DNA of 63,624 nucleotides, counting the filler, from Phoronis australis (lineage: Eukaryota; Animalia; Phoronida): NCBI GenBank assembly GCA_002633005.1. It is 7 parts of 7 records of this genome, joined end to end, with 100 filler letters (N's around TTAATTAATTAA, not from the genome) between each part and the next. Parts side by side here need not be neighbours in the genome. Positions count along the whole stretch, not along the records: positions 50,505 to 53,681 come from NMRA01003167.1; positions 53,782 to 58,858 come from NMRA01002433.1; positions 58,959 to 60,895 come from NMRA01003905.1; positions 60,996 to 63,624 come from NMRA01003541.1; 3 more parts are not named here. The stretch is one strand, 5' to 3'. Under the pieces are notes generated by a model. It was not told the origin of the DNA and did no database searches. It saw only the letters and a program-made list of their open reading frames with translations. Shown piece after piece: positions 51,232 to 63,624 of the stretch (positions are counted from its first letter, which is position 1; every line of letters starts with the position of its first letter). The position numbers were made by a program, and so were the translations under genes.

Positions 51232-53455
51232 AGGGCTTGGAATTTTCCTATTGTAGGAGGATTTCCTCTTTCTTCTTCTTTCGTCTCTTTTTTTATCATT
51301 TTTACTTTATTCATGCAAAAATGTTTTGTCAACACAAAAAATATTTCTGTGTGAGAGGTCTATTTATTTGTGGAACGATACATCACCTGGAAAGTTTTCC
51401 TCCTCTTTGTCATTGTTTATTCCATGCCCTGATTAAGAATATGCAGCTCCGAATAAATGCTTTTTCCATGTTCAGTCCTTTACCATATTTAACACCTGTC
51501 AACAGTTCGAAATATTAGGAACATAATAACGCTAGAAGACCTTGAAAATTGGAAACTAAACAGTTCTGGCGATTATTTCCATCTAAAGTAGATGATATTA
51601 TACTGCACTCGTGAATATTTACAGTTTAACACCTGAAATTGTGTAGGAGGTGAAGGTTCTTGTGGCTATATTTGCTTAATACAAATTAGTTGTATCGACA
51701 TCATAGCAGACGATTTTCATGCAGACTACGTATATTCAACTTATCTGGTTCCCAATTCCATTCCGTTTTAAGTCACACCCTTGTAAATCAGTGTCAAGGT
51801 CGTTCAAAGCCAGTCTTCATTGCGTGGGAAAATAGACCGTGTTCAATAATAGTGCATTGTGGGATAACCGAGCGGTCTTGTGTCGCATTTCCAGCAATGC
51901 TGCAACACCCCATGTGTTAGGAATTTTGGCCAGTGGAAAAGTGCTAACTCTCAGATATTGCATCCTCGTCTCCGAATAGATGGATTAAACTATGGGGTTG
52001 CACAATTCTACTGCAGTGGGAAAGGTTTAATCCACTCTGACTGCAGTAATCGTTAGAAGTCGCTATATGCAACACACATATTCAATCGAGCGTGTGAATC
52101 AACTTCGCTATCTTGGGTTCAATCCCGAGAACTAATGATAAGAGTATCCCTAATGGGAGAGCGACATCAAGGTCCTTCGCTTATAAATGAACGTGAGACA
52201 ACGAAAAGAAATAATGCTGGCACGGGGGAAACAAAATCTGACTTTAACTCATTGTTCATCCCACACCATGTATTAGTGTCAACAGGAGCTTTTTTGTGTT
52301 TGTTCTTAATTGCGTTTTTCATTTTTATGAGGCGGTGTAACGTACCAATCAGATCCAGGGCTTGGAATTTTCCGCGGAAACGCGGATTTCCGCTTTTTTC
52401 AAATGTGCTTTCCGCTTTTTTTATCATATTTCCGCGTATAAAAATCGGATTTGATANTGTGGGAGGCCTATTTATTTGTGGAACGATACATCACCTGGAA
52501 AGTTTTCCTCCTCTTTGTCATTGTTTATTCCATGCCCTGATTAAGAATATGCAGCTCCGAATAAATGCTTTTTCCATGTTCAGCTCTTTACCATATTTAA
52601 CACCTGGCAACAGTTCGAAATATTAGGAACATAACAACGCTAGAAGACCTTGAAAATTGGAAACTAAACAGTTCTGGCGATTATTTCCATCTAAAGTAGA
52701 TGATATTCTACTGCACTCGTGAATATTTACAGTTTAACACCTGAAATTGTGTAGGAGGTGAAGGTTCTTGTGGCTATATTTGCTTAATACAAATTAGTTG
52801 TATCGACATCATAGCAGACGATTTTCATGCAGACTACGTATATTCAACTTATCTGGTTCCCAATTCCATTCCGTTTTAAGTCACACCCTTGTAAATCAGT
52901 GTCAAGGTCGTTCAAAGCCAGTCTTCATTGTGTGGGAAAATAGACCGTGTTTAATAATAGTGCATTGTGGGATAACCGAGCGGTCTTGTGTCGCATTTCC
53001 AGCAATGCTGCAACACCCCATGTATTAGGAATTTCGTCCAGTGGAAAAGTGCTAACTCTCAGATATTGCATCCTCGTCTCCGTATTAAGCTATGGGGTTG
53101 CACAATTCTACTGCAGTGGGAAAGGTTTAATCCACTCTGACTGCAGTAATCACTAGAAGTCGCTATAAGCAACACACATATTCAATCGAGCGTGTGAATC
53201 AACTTCGCTATCTTGGGTTCAATCCCCAGAACTAATGATAAGAGTATCCCTAATGGGAGAGCGACATCAAGGTCCTTCGCTTATAAATGAACGTGAGACG
53301 ACGAAAAGAAGTAATGCTGGCACGGGGGAAACAAAATCTGATTTTAAATCATTGTTCATCCCACACCTTGTACTAGTGTCAACAGGAGCTTTTTCGAGTT
53401 TGTTCTTAATTGCGTTTTTCATTTTTATGTGGCGGTGTAACATCCAATCAGATTA
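51232..53455 (+). repeat. About 1.1-kb near-identical tandem duplication (possible assembly or haplotype artefact)
   Basis: About 51350-52355 is repeated at about 52460-53455; duplicate ORFs appear in the track; a single N lies near the junction (52458). Confidence 0.85.
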
Positions 53456-56400
53456 GAAGTTTGGTGGTCAATATGAGCAAGCTTGAGGGTGGCGGCTGCC
53501 AAAACGAAAGTCTGTGACGTGTGGGCCTCTCAGATTTTTGCACACACTGGAAACCCTGCATTTATGCTAAGAATGTTGCATAGAAAAATCTTGTTCGTGA
53601 AATGTTGTTAAATTCATTAAACAAACTTATGTAATATGGTGACTACTATTATGTGGTAACCATAAGGATTTTCATTATCCTNNNNNNNNNNNNNNNNNNN
53701 NNNNNNNNNNNNNNNNNNNNNNNNNTTAATTAATTAANNNNNNNNNNNNNNNNNNNNNNNNNNNNNNNNNNNNNNNNNNNNCCATTCGAGCAATGTATCC
53801 TACAGTGTACACCCGTATTTAGTCTCATGTGTCAAAACATATATCCGGCATCAGGCGTATCCACCTATGCGCCAACCATTTTAGCAAAAACACGTATTGT
53901 AGTTAAAAGAATGACGCTTATATGGGCGTATCCTACTTATTATTCTACATTACTCTCAACAATTTGGCTAGAGGAATAGATGCATGCTATACCAAGATGA
54001 AATGCATTTGTGACTGTTCCGTTATCACTAAATTTTGTTTTCCATTTGAAAACTGTTGGCATTTTAACTGACTTCTCTGGGAAGGTTTAAGCAAATCCAG
54101 CATAACTTTGATTTCCTTCTAACATTTATATGCGGAGGTTTGCACGTGTTTACATCTATTCATCGTTTACCAACATGAAAACAACAAAACCAATGCGGCA
54201 ACAATGCGGCAACAATGCGTTACGGACTGAACTATACTTTCTCTTGTTTATTTTTCAGGTTCATGACACTTCTCAAGTAAGTCCTAACAAAAGGCGATGT
54301 GTTCTGCCCAACTGTTACTTAACCAAATCTCCATAAACACATTTCGCACGGGCATGATTATGCCCTCTTTGCCGATGGTCTTGCGTGTGACTGTATCCAC
54401 AACAAGGTATGCGGCTTTACAAGGAGTACCTACCTGCATCTGCTAGCGAAACCCAAGGGTATGACAAACTGAAGTACAAATTTTCTTTGAAAAAAGACAA
54501 AGAAAATATAGTTTGTATAAATGAAAATCCTCCCCTAATTGTTCAGTCTTCAACTAACAACAATCGAAGTAATAGTTGTCAAAATGTAACGTCACTGCCT
54601 TTTCATTGATTTCTTACACACAGTATTTGAACTAAATATAATTGTTCCAAGCGAGCATGTTCGAGTCACATAGATATTTGCACACACCCGCTTACTGGAC
54701 ATCAAACGAAAAGACATGGGTGCAGCAGAACCTTACTCAGAGAACCGAAATCATTTCATGTTGTCCTTCTCTAAGCGACCGGTAGAAACCGTTTAACAGC
54801 GCTTTACACGAGAAGATAAACACTCGGTATCGTTGTAAGCTTTTTTACATCCGGTTACATACAGTGTTTTCTTCTGGTATCTTAACATTTTTCGTGTAGG
54901 AGAGTTAGAATCACAAAGATTATGTACTGGTTGATTTGTAAAAAGCACGACGTAGGTCATATTACAATACTTTATTTGAAAACGTAAACTGAGCATTATC
55001 CCGGGATTGTGGTGTGAAAGAGTATTGATTGAATGAAGTGAACATGTTAACACGAACAGGACATCATTACAAATTAGCCGTGCTTATTTTTCTCTGATTT
55101 TACCAGCAGAATATCAGGCATGAACATTTAACTCCAAGCGTATGGCATTACCTTATTATCACGAAACATTTCCCAATTAATTGAAAATTTTTGACCAACA
55201 ATTCTTTGATAGAAACATTTTCTAAAAATCCCGCTCACAGTTTTCACATACATGTAATTGCCTTTCAATTTTAACATTTTTGTCATACTTTTCAAATCCC
55301 TGAATGATCTAATAGCTCACGCATGCCACTGACTTCCAGGACTGATCCATCCCAGTTTTATTGCTGTCAGTAAACTGAAGATTTCTTCCGGAGAATTGTC
55401 CGTTGCTACGTTACCCTGCTTTTCTATCGCAAATATCGAAAAGTTGGCTTGAATTTAAGAAACTGATGGCAGATGGAAATCAGCACATTTAAGAAACGTT
55501 ATAAAGATGATTTAGAAATGCTGGAAGTATTTTTATAAAACACGAGAAAAGGAACATCTTGTCTACCTGAATGCGGGTAGCAAGACTTCATCACACCTCT
55601 AAGTGTTGGTGATGCCAAAAAACTAGTTACCGCTATAAGAAAATTTACGCAAGAGACATACCAGGAACACTGGTACGATTAAAGGCGACTACACGTCTTT
55701 GTGCCTGCTTGAATTTTCCTTTGAATTAAACACAGGAATCACATTGTTCATCAAGACTTTAAAATTCTAGAAAATTTTGCACTGAACCAACGTACATGAA
55801 ATGCCTTCTTTGTAGACTATTGTTACGCGTCCCTCGTGTTTTGGGTCAAAGCCCGTTTATTGTTTTTAAGACAACGAGAACAACGTTTTGGTTTCAAAAC
55901 ACGGCAACGCCATGCACTTAGCCTATTTCACTGATTCAAAATGAGACCACGACTCAGTGGCCTGAGGTTCCAACAACGGGAAGACTCACGGCAGCTACGT
56001 TTTTATTACAGTTTTGCATTTGTGACTTCGACTTGCCCTAACTCACATTTCATGGAACCTCATCAACTGCTTACCTGCAAGGTATCAACTCAGCTATTCA
56101 AACTTGTTGTAACTTGGTCCAAACTCGACGAAACGTCCCACTTGGCGAAGCGAGCACTTGTTTAATAAAAGAGCATATTGCTTTAAAAAGAGTTTGCCTA
56201 TTTTTCAGTTAACGTTACACATGCTGAACACGGGTAGTCTAGCGTGAAATTTCCTCCTCGAGGCAATTTAGAAATATAAAGCATTTGGTATGAACTCCTC
56301 CCGTACGAATTGTCTCAGTTCATTGTCCACCTACTGCTGTATCGTACCCGTTCCTCGATCATAGCCAACTTTGTGACCAGACCACGCATCACGTACGTGA

Positions 56401-58539
56401 TGAAGCGCTTTTAGCTTTTAACTGCAGTTAGTTTAAACTGATTGAAAGTTGGCGAATTTTGAAAGGAAACTAGCCACAAACAGTTGGTAAATATTAATTT
56501 AGTTGTTATTTTAATACTGGGGAACATGAATGAAAGTTCAGAATTGTTTCTATCATTTTTGTTGCTCCCCGTGAACAATTGAAATCGTGCAAACATCCAG
56601 GTAATGTGATGTTAATCAAAAGTTCAGCCTAAATTCCTAGGTTCGCCTAACTAGTAGATAATATACATGTATGACAATTGCGTATTCATATTCTACTATC
56701 GGTATCGGTTTTGATACATGTATACTACGTTGATACACTACAATTTATGCTACAACAGTTACGCACAGACCGGAATAGTGTGTACCAAATTTTTGAGTTC
56801 TTGTTTACAAAAAATCTCGTTCAGCCTACAGCATAGTCCACACACAATCTTAGGTAGACAAATATAATTTTGTAATGTACCAGTGTCCACAGAAGATGCT
56901 TTTCTGTTTTTAGCATGATACTTTTTGGTTAAAAGCAAAACGCGGATCACGAACTTTGTTCTATCACATGTTATATGCAGATTGCTACTAACTATAGAAA
57001 ATAGTTCTTTGCTTTAGCGATATTTCCGTGTCATGAACCTAAGAGGGATTGGTCTTTCGTAAAATTCGAACGAAAATCGATGGTCTCCTAAATTAGGAGC
57101 GTTTAATACTTCATACACACAGCAAGCAAGTTGAAGTCCTCTCCTGCAATTCCGTTACCCAGGTAAGGGCGAGTGGTTTTGTGACCAGAGGTCGAAAGGC
57201 GTAAACTTTTTTCGGCACGGCAGTGCATTCTAGTCACATAGTGCAAATGTATTCGTCTGAGAAAAGAAAGTAGGTTAATATAATATGTTTTGCCGTTCCC
57301 TTGAAGCATCTTTTATTGTTGAATAGCCTGCTGTTTAGATTTACATTGTATTGAATTGCAGTGGACCAGTCAGACCACTGCATTGCGGTTGACGCTGTGG
57401 TCATGTGGCTATTGTTTTCACACCAGGTAAATCATTCTAGTCCTCACTGTGTATTCACTTGGCTAAAACACTAAACATAGGTTACGGTGCATCACCCATG
57501 TCCAGGAAAGCTTTAGCAAATCGATGGTGTGGTCTTAAAATAAATACACACTTAACAGTTTTCAGAAGAAACGTGAGTTTTGAAATCGTTGAAAGTCTCA
57601 GAGTTCGACACATACAGAATTGAAACAACGGATTAAAATCAAACGTTCCATATTAAGCCTGTACCTGTCAGCTGCATATTTTCCGTAAAGACCATTTAAT
57701 GGCTGCGACACAACCTCTGATGGTTTTTGTGGTGGTGTCAATGTCCTGAGTGAAAGTTGTTGGTACCTACTCTTGTCATTACATTTAAGATTGAATAAAC
57801 AAGTCCCATACCATATCTTGCTTGTATTATCTGTTGTTTTGCTTTCTGCGAGTAGTTGGACATTTTTCATGCTGTAAGTTTGAATCGGTGACCGAAAATT
57901 CTCAACAAAGTTTTCTCCTAACAATCGGCCAAGTAATAAGATTTTTACGCTTTTTTGAATTTCTACACGGCTGACTTCAACTGTACTGAAACCCAAATTG
58001 TTTATCCGTGCGTCATGGCTGGGAGTGTTGGCTTCTTGTATAAGTTTCACCGTGGGCTATGGTTTTAGTCTGGTTTCACTCTATCTTATGGATGGTTTTA
58101 GTCTACATTCGCTACGGGTTATGCTTTTAGTCCCTTTTCACCATGTCTTACCTTTTTAGTTTAGCAACTAGTGAACATTTGTCGTGGATATTCCTATTTG
58201 AGTTAATCTGCTTTTATTTCATGCGTGTGCTTACATATGTAAGTAGGTGTTGTAAACGAGTAGTGTGCTGGTTGGGGATTTGAATTATTTTACATCACTT
58301 GGGTATGGTTAAAACTCGATCAACTTTTTATTTTATGCAGTCTGCGGAGTAACCAATTTAGGCGTTCAAATGAAAAATTCACTTCGATTGAAGTATTCTG
58401 AACAAGTTTTAAACGCGCTTTAAATGTTTCATGCTTATTTTTCGCCATTCTGTACAGTAATAAAATATATTCCTACTCCGATTTGATGCACATCGCGTGG
58501 TGCATAGTCTGACCTTCGGGGATACCATACACACGAGCA

Positions 58540-58858
58540 CCGAATCATTTGCACGAACCACCTACGAACTTATGAATCATATATGCAAACCCATGAATCA
58601 TGCATGAAAACCAATGAATCATGCATACAAACCCATGAATCATGCATACGAACCCAAAAATCACTCACACGAACAAGAATCATGCGCACAAAAAACAAAA
58701 ATCACTCAATCCAACTCAAATCATACACGCGAGCATCCGAATCGTACACACAAATCACTCAACGATAAAGTGTTGTGTTCGTGCACGTGTTTGATGTTGT
58801 TGGGTATGATTTCGTGTTGATGTGTATGATTTTTGCGGCTCGTGCGCATGATTTTTGT
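58540..58858. repeat. Foldback-like array of about 21-bp units (atgaatcatgcatac...) followed by inverted units
   Basis: Direct units to about 58765, then reverse-complement-like units (catgatttttg, gtatgatt) up to the spacer. Confidence 0.6.
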
Positions 58859-58958
58859 NNNNNNNNNNNNNNNNNNNNNNNNNNNNNNNNNNNNNNNNNN
58901 NNTTAATTAATTAANNNNNNNNNNNNNNNNNNNNNNNNNNNNNNNNNNNNNNNNNNNN

Positions 58959-58992
<34 letters not shown>

Positions 58993-59085
58993 GTACACAC
59001 ACACACAGGCACACACACACACACACACGCGCGCGCGTACACACACATACGCGCGTACACACAGGCACACACACGCGCGCGCGCG
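58959..59085. repeat. (CA)n/(CG)n microsatellite
   Basis: Directly visible in the sequence. Confidence 0.95.
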
Positions 59086-62000
59086 CTCCCCATTGTCACT
59101 TAATTCAATGGAGGTAGTTTACAGCTGGTTCAATCGTGGAATTGCATATTTTATGCAAATTAAGACCATGCAGTGCAGGTAAAGGATATCGATATTTGCT
59201 CCATTGTCAGGCTGTTGAACGTAGATTTGCATAATTGATTCAAATAATGGCTACCGGTATCCAAAACTCTGTTTCTCTTTGCAACTTGCGCCAATGGTTT
59301 CGTGGTCAATGAACTTAATGGAATTGTTTGCACGTCCTTGCATCACAAATTTACATAGATAATATAATATATATGAATCCCCCCATTACAAATACAACTC
59401 GTGCTCTATAAATATACACAGTAACAAATACATCTTAAGCATGCCATGAATTTGACACACATATTTAACAATTTCAAATTTCCAACGGTCATGGTAAATA
59501 GTTAAAATTGAAAAAGCAAGAATGGTTCCACATCCTTGAGTAAGAGTGTTTGCTCACGTACACACAGGGTGTCTGTACATCTGTTACACTCGGATTCATT
59601 TAATTATTCAAAATAGTGGCGTCTAATGTACAGTGTTAAAGATTTGCAAAATAGCTGTGGTCGACGTTTGATTTTTTTGTTGACCAAACTGACGATATTA
59701 ACGTGTGGGGGACATATCGAAATCACATGATAGTTAGACGTATTGATCTGATATACATGTAATTACTCTTCCCTTCCGTCGCATCACTTTGAATTAAAAC
59801 AAGCGTTGTATTTTGCACACGCCGTACTCTCATTTTACAATTACTTTTTGCGTTACTTCTGGGCAAACTTCGAAAGTCCAATTAATTTGCAAGATCTGCA
59901 GCTTAGTGTTAAATTTTTATTGTAAAACTTGGTAAAGTTTTCCAATCCTACCAATTCCACTCACTTTTGATGTTTACACAGTAGTTTACAGTCTCAATTA
60001 GTTGCTATTCTTTGTTTGCATGTCTGTCAAATACAAATAGGTACATCATGGGCTGCTCACCAGAGGGGGCTGGGGAGCTATAATCCCCCACTTTTTCAGC
60101 GCTGCGCCGCACAAGTTTATGGGTGGTGCACCACGGGGGGCTAGAGGCTATAGCCCCCCCCCCTCTCAGTGCTGCGCCGCCCATGTACTGTACATGTATG
60201 GCCCTGGTAAGTGAAACCATATCGAAAACAACCAATGATTAATCGCCTGGCTTTTAAAGATAATTTCACAATCATACAGTGTTGTAACGATGCCGACATG
60301 CCGACGCTTGTATACATGATTGACTCGGCTGTTTCAAAAATCGAAATGCAGCAGGACTATTCACGTATTGTGAGTTTCACAGCGTGTGACGACAGAAATC
60401 ATACAACTTTCACAAATTAAACATCATCAGCAAACGCTGACAGCATACAATGTACATTATATACCATATTAGCACGTGATTCTAGTGAAAGAGACGGAAG
60501 ATCAGACGGAAGAACCATCACATAAAACAATCACTCGAGCATATCATGTCGTATAAATTTCAGCTTTCAGAGTCGGGCAACAAAGTGTGTCGGTATTGCA
60601 TTCTAATCAAACAACGTGTGAGCTCTGTCGCAGACGGTAGAACTGCCTTCTTATACTGAGAAAGCTAGAATCCAATGACAGGACACGTGCTTAGGCTACA
60701 TGTACAGTTGTATGCTGTGCCTACCTCCCGTTCAGTAACGCGAGGACCTAGCTAAAAAGCAAGACTTCGCGAGATTACATGAGATATTGCCGTGTATTTT
60801 AAATGAGAACACGTGACTTTGACTAGGTTTTAGCTAGGTCCAAGCGTAGGTCCTAGCGTCTACTGAACGCACGCCAGGCCTGCGTTCAGTAGACGNNNNN
60901 NNNNNNNNNNNNNNNNNNNNNNNNNNNNNNNNNNNNNNNTTAATTAATTAANNNNNNNNNNNNNNNNNNNNNNNNNNNNNNNNNNNNNNNNNNNNCGGAC
61001 ATCGAAAACCGATTTGGAAATACTAAAAATGACCACTAGGAGGTGTAAAATACAGAAACATATTTGCCACAAATCATAAAATTCTGTAAAAAAAAAAACT
61101 TTGAAGATACACAGGCTAACAAAAAAAATCCCCACTAATGAACACAGCAGTAGTCGGACCCATACAAAGATCATTGTCATCCGTCATCAGCTTCAAAGAA
61201 ACATGTAATTATGCTCAAGATAAGAGCTTGTACCAAATTTTAGAAATGGACGACATCGGCTACCCCAAATTCAAGGATTACAAGAAAGGTGGAAAATTAC
61301 AGCAAAATCTCATTAATTTCAGACAAAAATAATTTGTTGGTCTTTTTTTCCTTTTTCAAAAGCTTCATTGCTGTGAATGGCAACAATTTCTCAGACTAAA
61401 AGCTTTGGTACAGATCCTTAATTATGACATATGATTTCACTTAACTTTCATGAAAAAATGAAAAAAAATTATGACTTAGCAATTATTTGGTGTTACTTAT
61501 CTTTCACCAAAAAAAGAAGAAAAAATTCACGTGTCGGCCATGCAGCATCCTAAACAGTCAAAACTTTACCGTACCCTTTCTGAATTCTGTTGCATCGACA
61601 ACTATTCTCATCTTTTTCTCAGACTTTGCCGATACAAAACGCAGAGTACGGCATTTTAGAAATACGATGAATGCCAAAATTGCCCATGTCCCAATTATCA
61701 GAATCAAGAAAATTCCAGTTCAGCTTGAAATTCAATGCCCCAAACTTTAAAGGCTATTCCTAACTGGAGTCTCAATGACTATAGACATAACTGATTTTTG
61801 TGAGTTGTTTGTGAAATCGGCTCTCCTTTATCACATTCACCAAACTTCCCCAACACCTTGCACTGCCACCCATTCTCCTTTGTAAGGTCAAAACCAAACA
61901 AAAGAGAAGGAGTAATTACCCCCAGACAGCATTGGTAAAATCAATGGCAATCACAGACAAGCTGTGGGGTCAGTTGTCACAACACACTTCTTAATGTTGT

Positions 62001-62599
62001 GGTTCACTGACATCCTATACCAATATGGATTCATGACCAACATGGTGTGGTCAAGCAGTGTCATATCCTAACATCTAATTATAGGACAGGATCTCGAATT
62101 TTTGGTTTAGAGAGAAGGGGGCATTTCTTCTGAAACCATAGTCATCACAGCATGCATTACCTACTTACCCAATGCTCCATTTTTTTTCCAAAACTGCGAT
62201 TTTTTGGTAAAACAAATTTCAAAGTGTTTAATCATAAAGAACGTTAATGATATTATATGACACCACAAGAATTTGTTTTATGAATGGATTCAAACCACAA
62301 CTTCAGTGAATGTTGGAAAGGATTCATATTACTTCAGAGTGCAAAGTAAATATATAGTCAGGGTCCTCACCCACCTTAGTGATTCTAATCACTGAAACGA
62401 AATTTTTGACTTGAAGAGGAGAATCTTGCATTATTTTTAAATATGTTTCAGAGGGTTACATGGTCGATTTCGGCCCCAAATTGACGCATCAAAGGCCGTG
62501 TAGAGGAATCAATATAAGTAGTATTCTCAAGCAAAACCAACATTCATCAGAGACAATGCTACCTTCGTTGACAAGTACTTGTCAAAAGAAAAGACTTAC

Positions 62600-63220
62600 G
62601 TTGGCTATTAGAAATCTGGGACGTGAAATTCGATGGCGCTGAGTAGGTCGTGTGAAGAGAAACGTGTCTGCCATTGGTGCAACTGCCCGCGTCGCTCTCC
62701 GGAGTTCCATTGACAGACACGTAATGGGCACTATCGGCTGTGTCTCCAGTGACAGTGTTCGCATCCCACCAGCCATTCAGTCGACTGCTCTGTCCTGCAG
62801 CACCAGTGAACAGTGGCCCCGCCACGCCGCCACTACTGCTGTTACTACTCAAGTCGGCTGTGGCCAGGCTGCCACTTTGGGACGGGTTGAAGCCATTTTC
62901 AGCATACTGAGATCCCAAATGGTAGGGCCAACGACCATTATGCAGGCTTTGCTGGTAGCTCTCCTCCAGCTGTGACAGCCACTGATGCAGTGCTGACCTC
63001 TCTTGGTTGTTGAGGGCAGGATGGATGAGTGAGAAGGACAACAGCTGGCGACTCTCCTCAATATGGATACTGTTCTTGATGGAGTGCTCCAAGATCCTAG
63101 GGATCACTCTTAGGTATTCCTCCTTCGCCTCCATATTGCCAGCTCTCAGCAGCGGTAGGTGGCTCAGCAACTGGTTGACAGCGCCCTCTTTGGGTAGGTT
63201 ACACAGACCAGCCACATACC
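62600..63220 (-). CDS. SAMD4: Smaug (SAMD4) homolog, N-terminal-region internal exon
   Basis: LLSHLPLLRAGNMEAKEEYLRVIPRILEHSI..HIEESRQLLSFSLIHPA..ERSALHQWLSQLEE matches Smaug/SAMD4; acceptor ttttcag, donor gtaagt; 621 nt, phase 1-1, open. Confidence 0.92.
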
Positions 63221-63624
63221 CTGAAAACAAACAAGCTTGTTCACATTAGATGCATTAAGCTACATCACACCAATATAGGAGTTTGTTATTTAGACTAATA
63301 GTTTACACCTGCCATAGTTGCTGACCTGAATGCAAGGAAAAGACACTGAAATTGCTAACATGTCAGTGTCTAAGACCAACAATAAGGGGTTGATTACTGA
63401 CCAGCATATCAACAACAGCTGTTAGGCAATATTGAATTTTCTTGATATTTGTCGTTCACCATGTTTTCTCAAACATCGGACACTACGTAACTCTTGAATT
63501 TGGTAAGAGTCCGATCATAGGTGGATTTAGGGGGGCCCAGGGGGCCCGGGCCCCCCTTGTCTGCCGCAAAAAAATAAAACAGCAAGAGTGTAGGGAAATG
63601 TTGAGTTTATTAATTAACCCCGGT

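Noticed and set aside
55474-55682. SAM-like fragment (LSVGDAKKLVTAI) as a downstream Smaug exon
   Set aside because: It is on the opposite strand in a different block, has in-frame stops, and lacks the Smaug WLKSLRLHKY motif.
57598-58050. 150-aa ORF
   Set aside because: Non-ATG start and no recognisable domain or clear splice context.
60047-60185. CATGGGC...GCCCATG hAT-like MITE
   Set aside because: The inverted repeat is short and there is no matching 8-bp TSD; too weak to list as a feature.

Overview
Animal genomic DNA, probably from a marine invertebrate (inferred from spliceosomal introns, AT-richness and the transposon repertoire). The window is seven sequence blocks joined by 100-bp spacers (44 N + TTAATTAATTAA + 44 N), so adjacency across spacers is not reliable. 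Host-gene content: a small secreted PAN/Apple-domain ORF; five in-frame spliced exons of a large extracellular beta-helix (PbH1) / C-type lectin / EGF protein; a multiply frameshifted TRIM-NHL pseudogene; one frameshifted DSTYK kinase exon; and one intact Smaug/SAMD4 exon. Most of the rest is mobile DNA: a full-length but decayed 9-kb two-gene PIF/Harbinger element, two Helentron/DINE-like elements carrying arrays of CTCF-consensus motifs, a complete non-coding LTR element (tRNA-Ser PBS, PPT, GAGG TSD) next to a 280-bp tandem array, a TA-flanked pogo/mariner-type element, an Academ-like relic and several hairpin MITEs. The most unusual observation is a 31-bp tandem array that multiplies a real 5' splice donor about five times. 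All calls were made by eye, without alignment or database searches.
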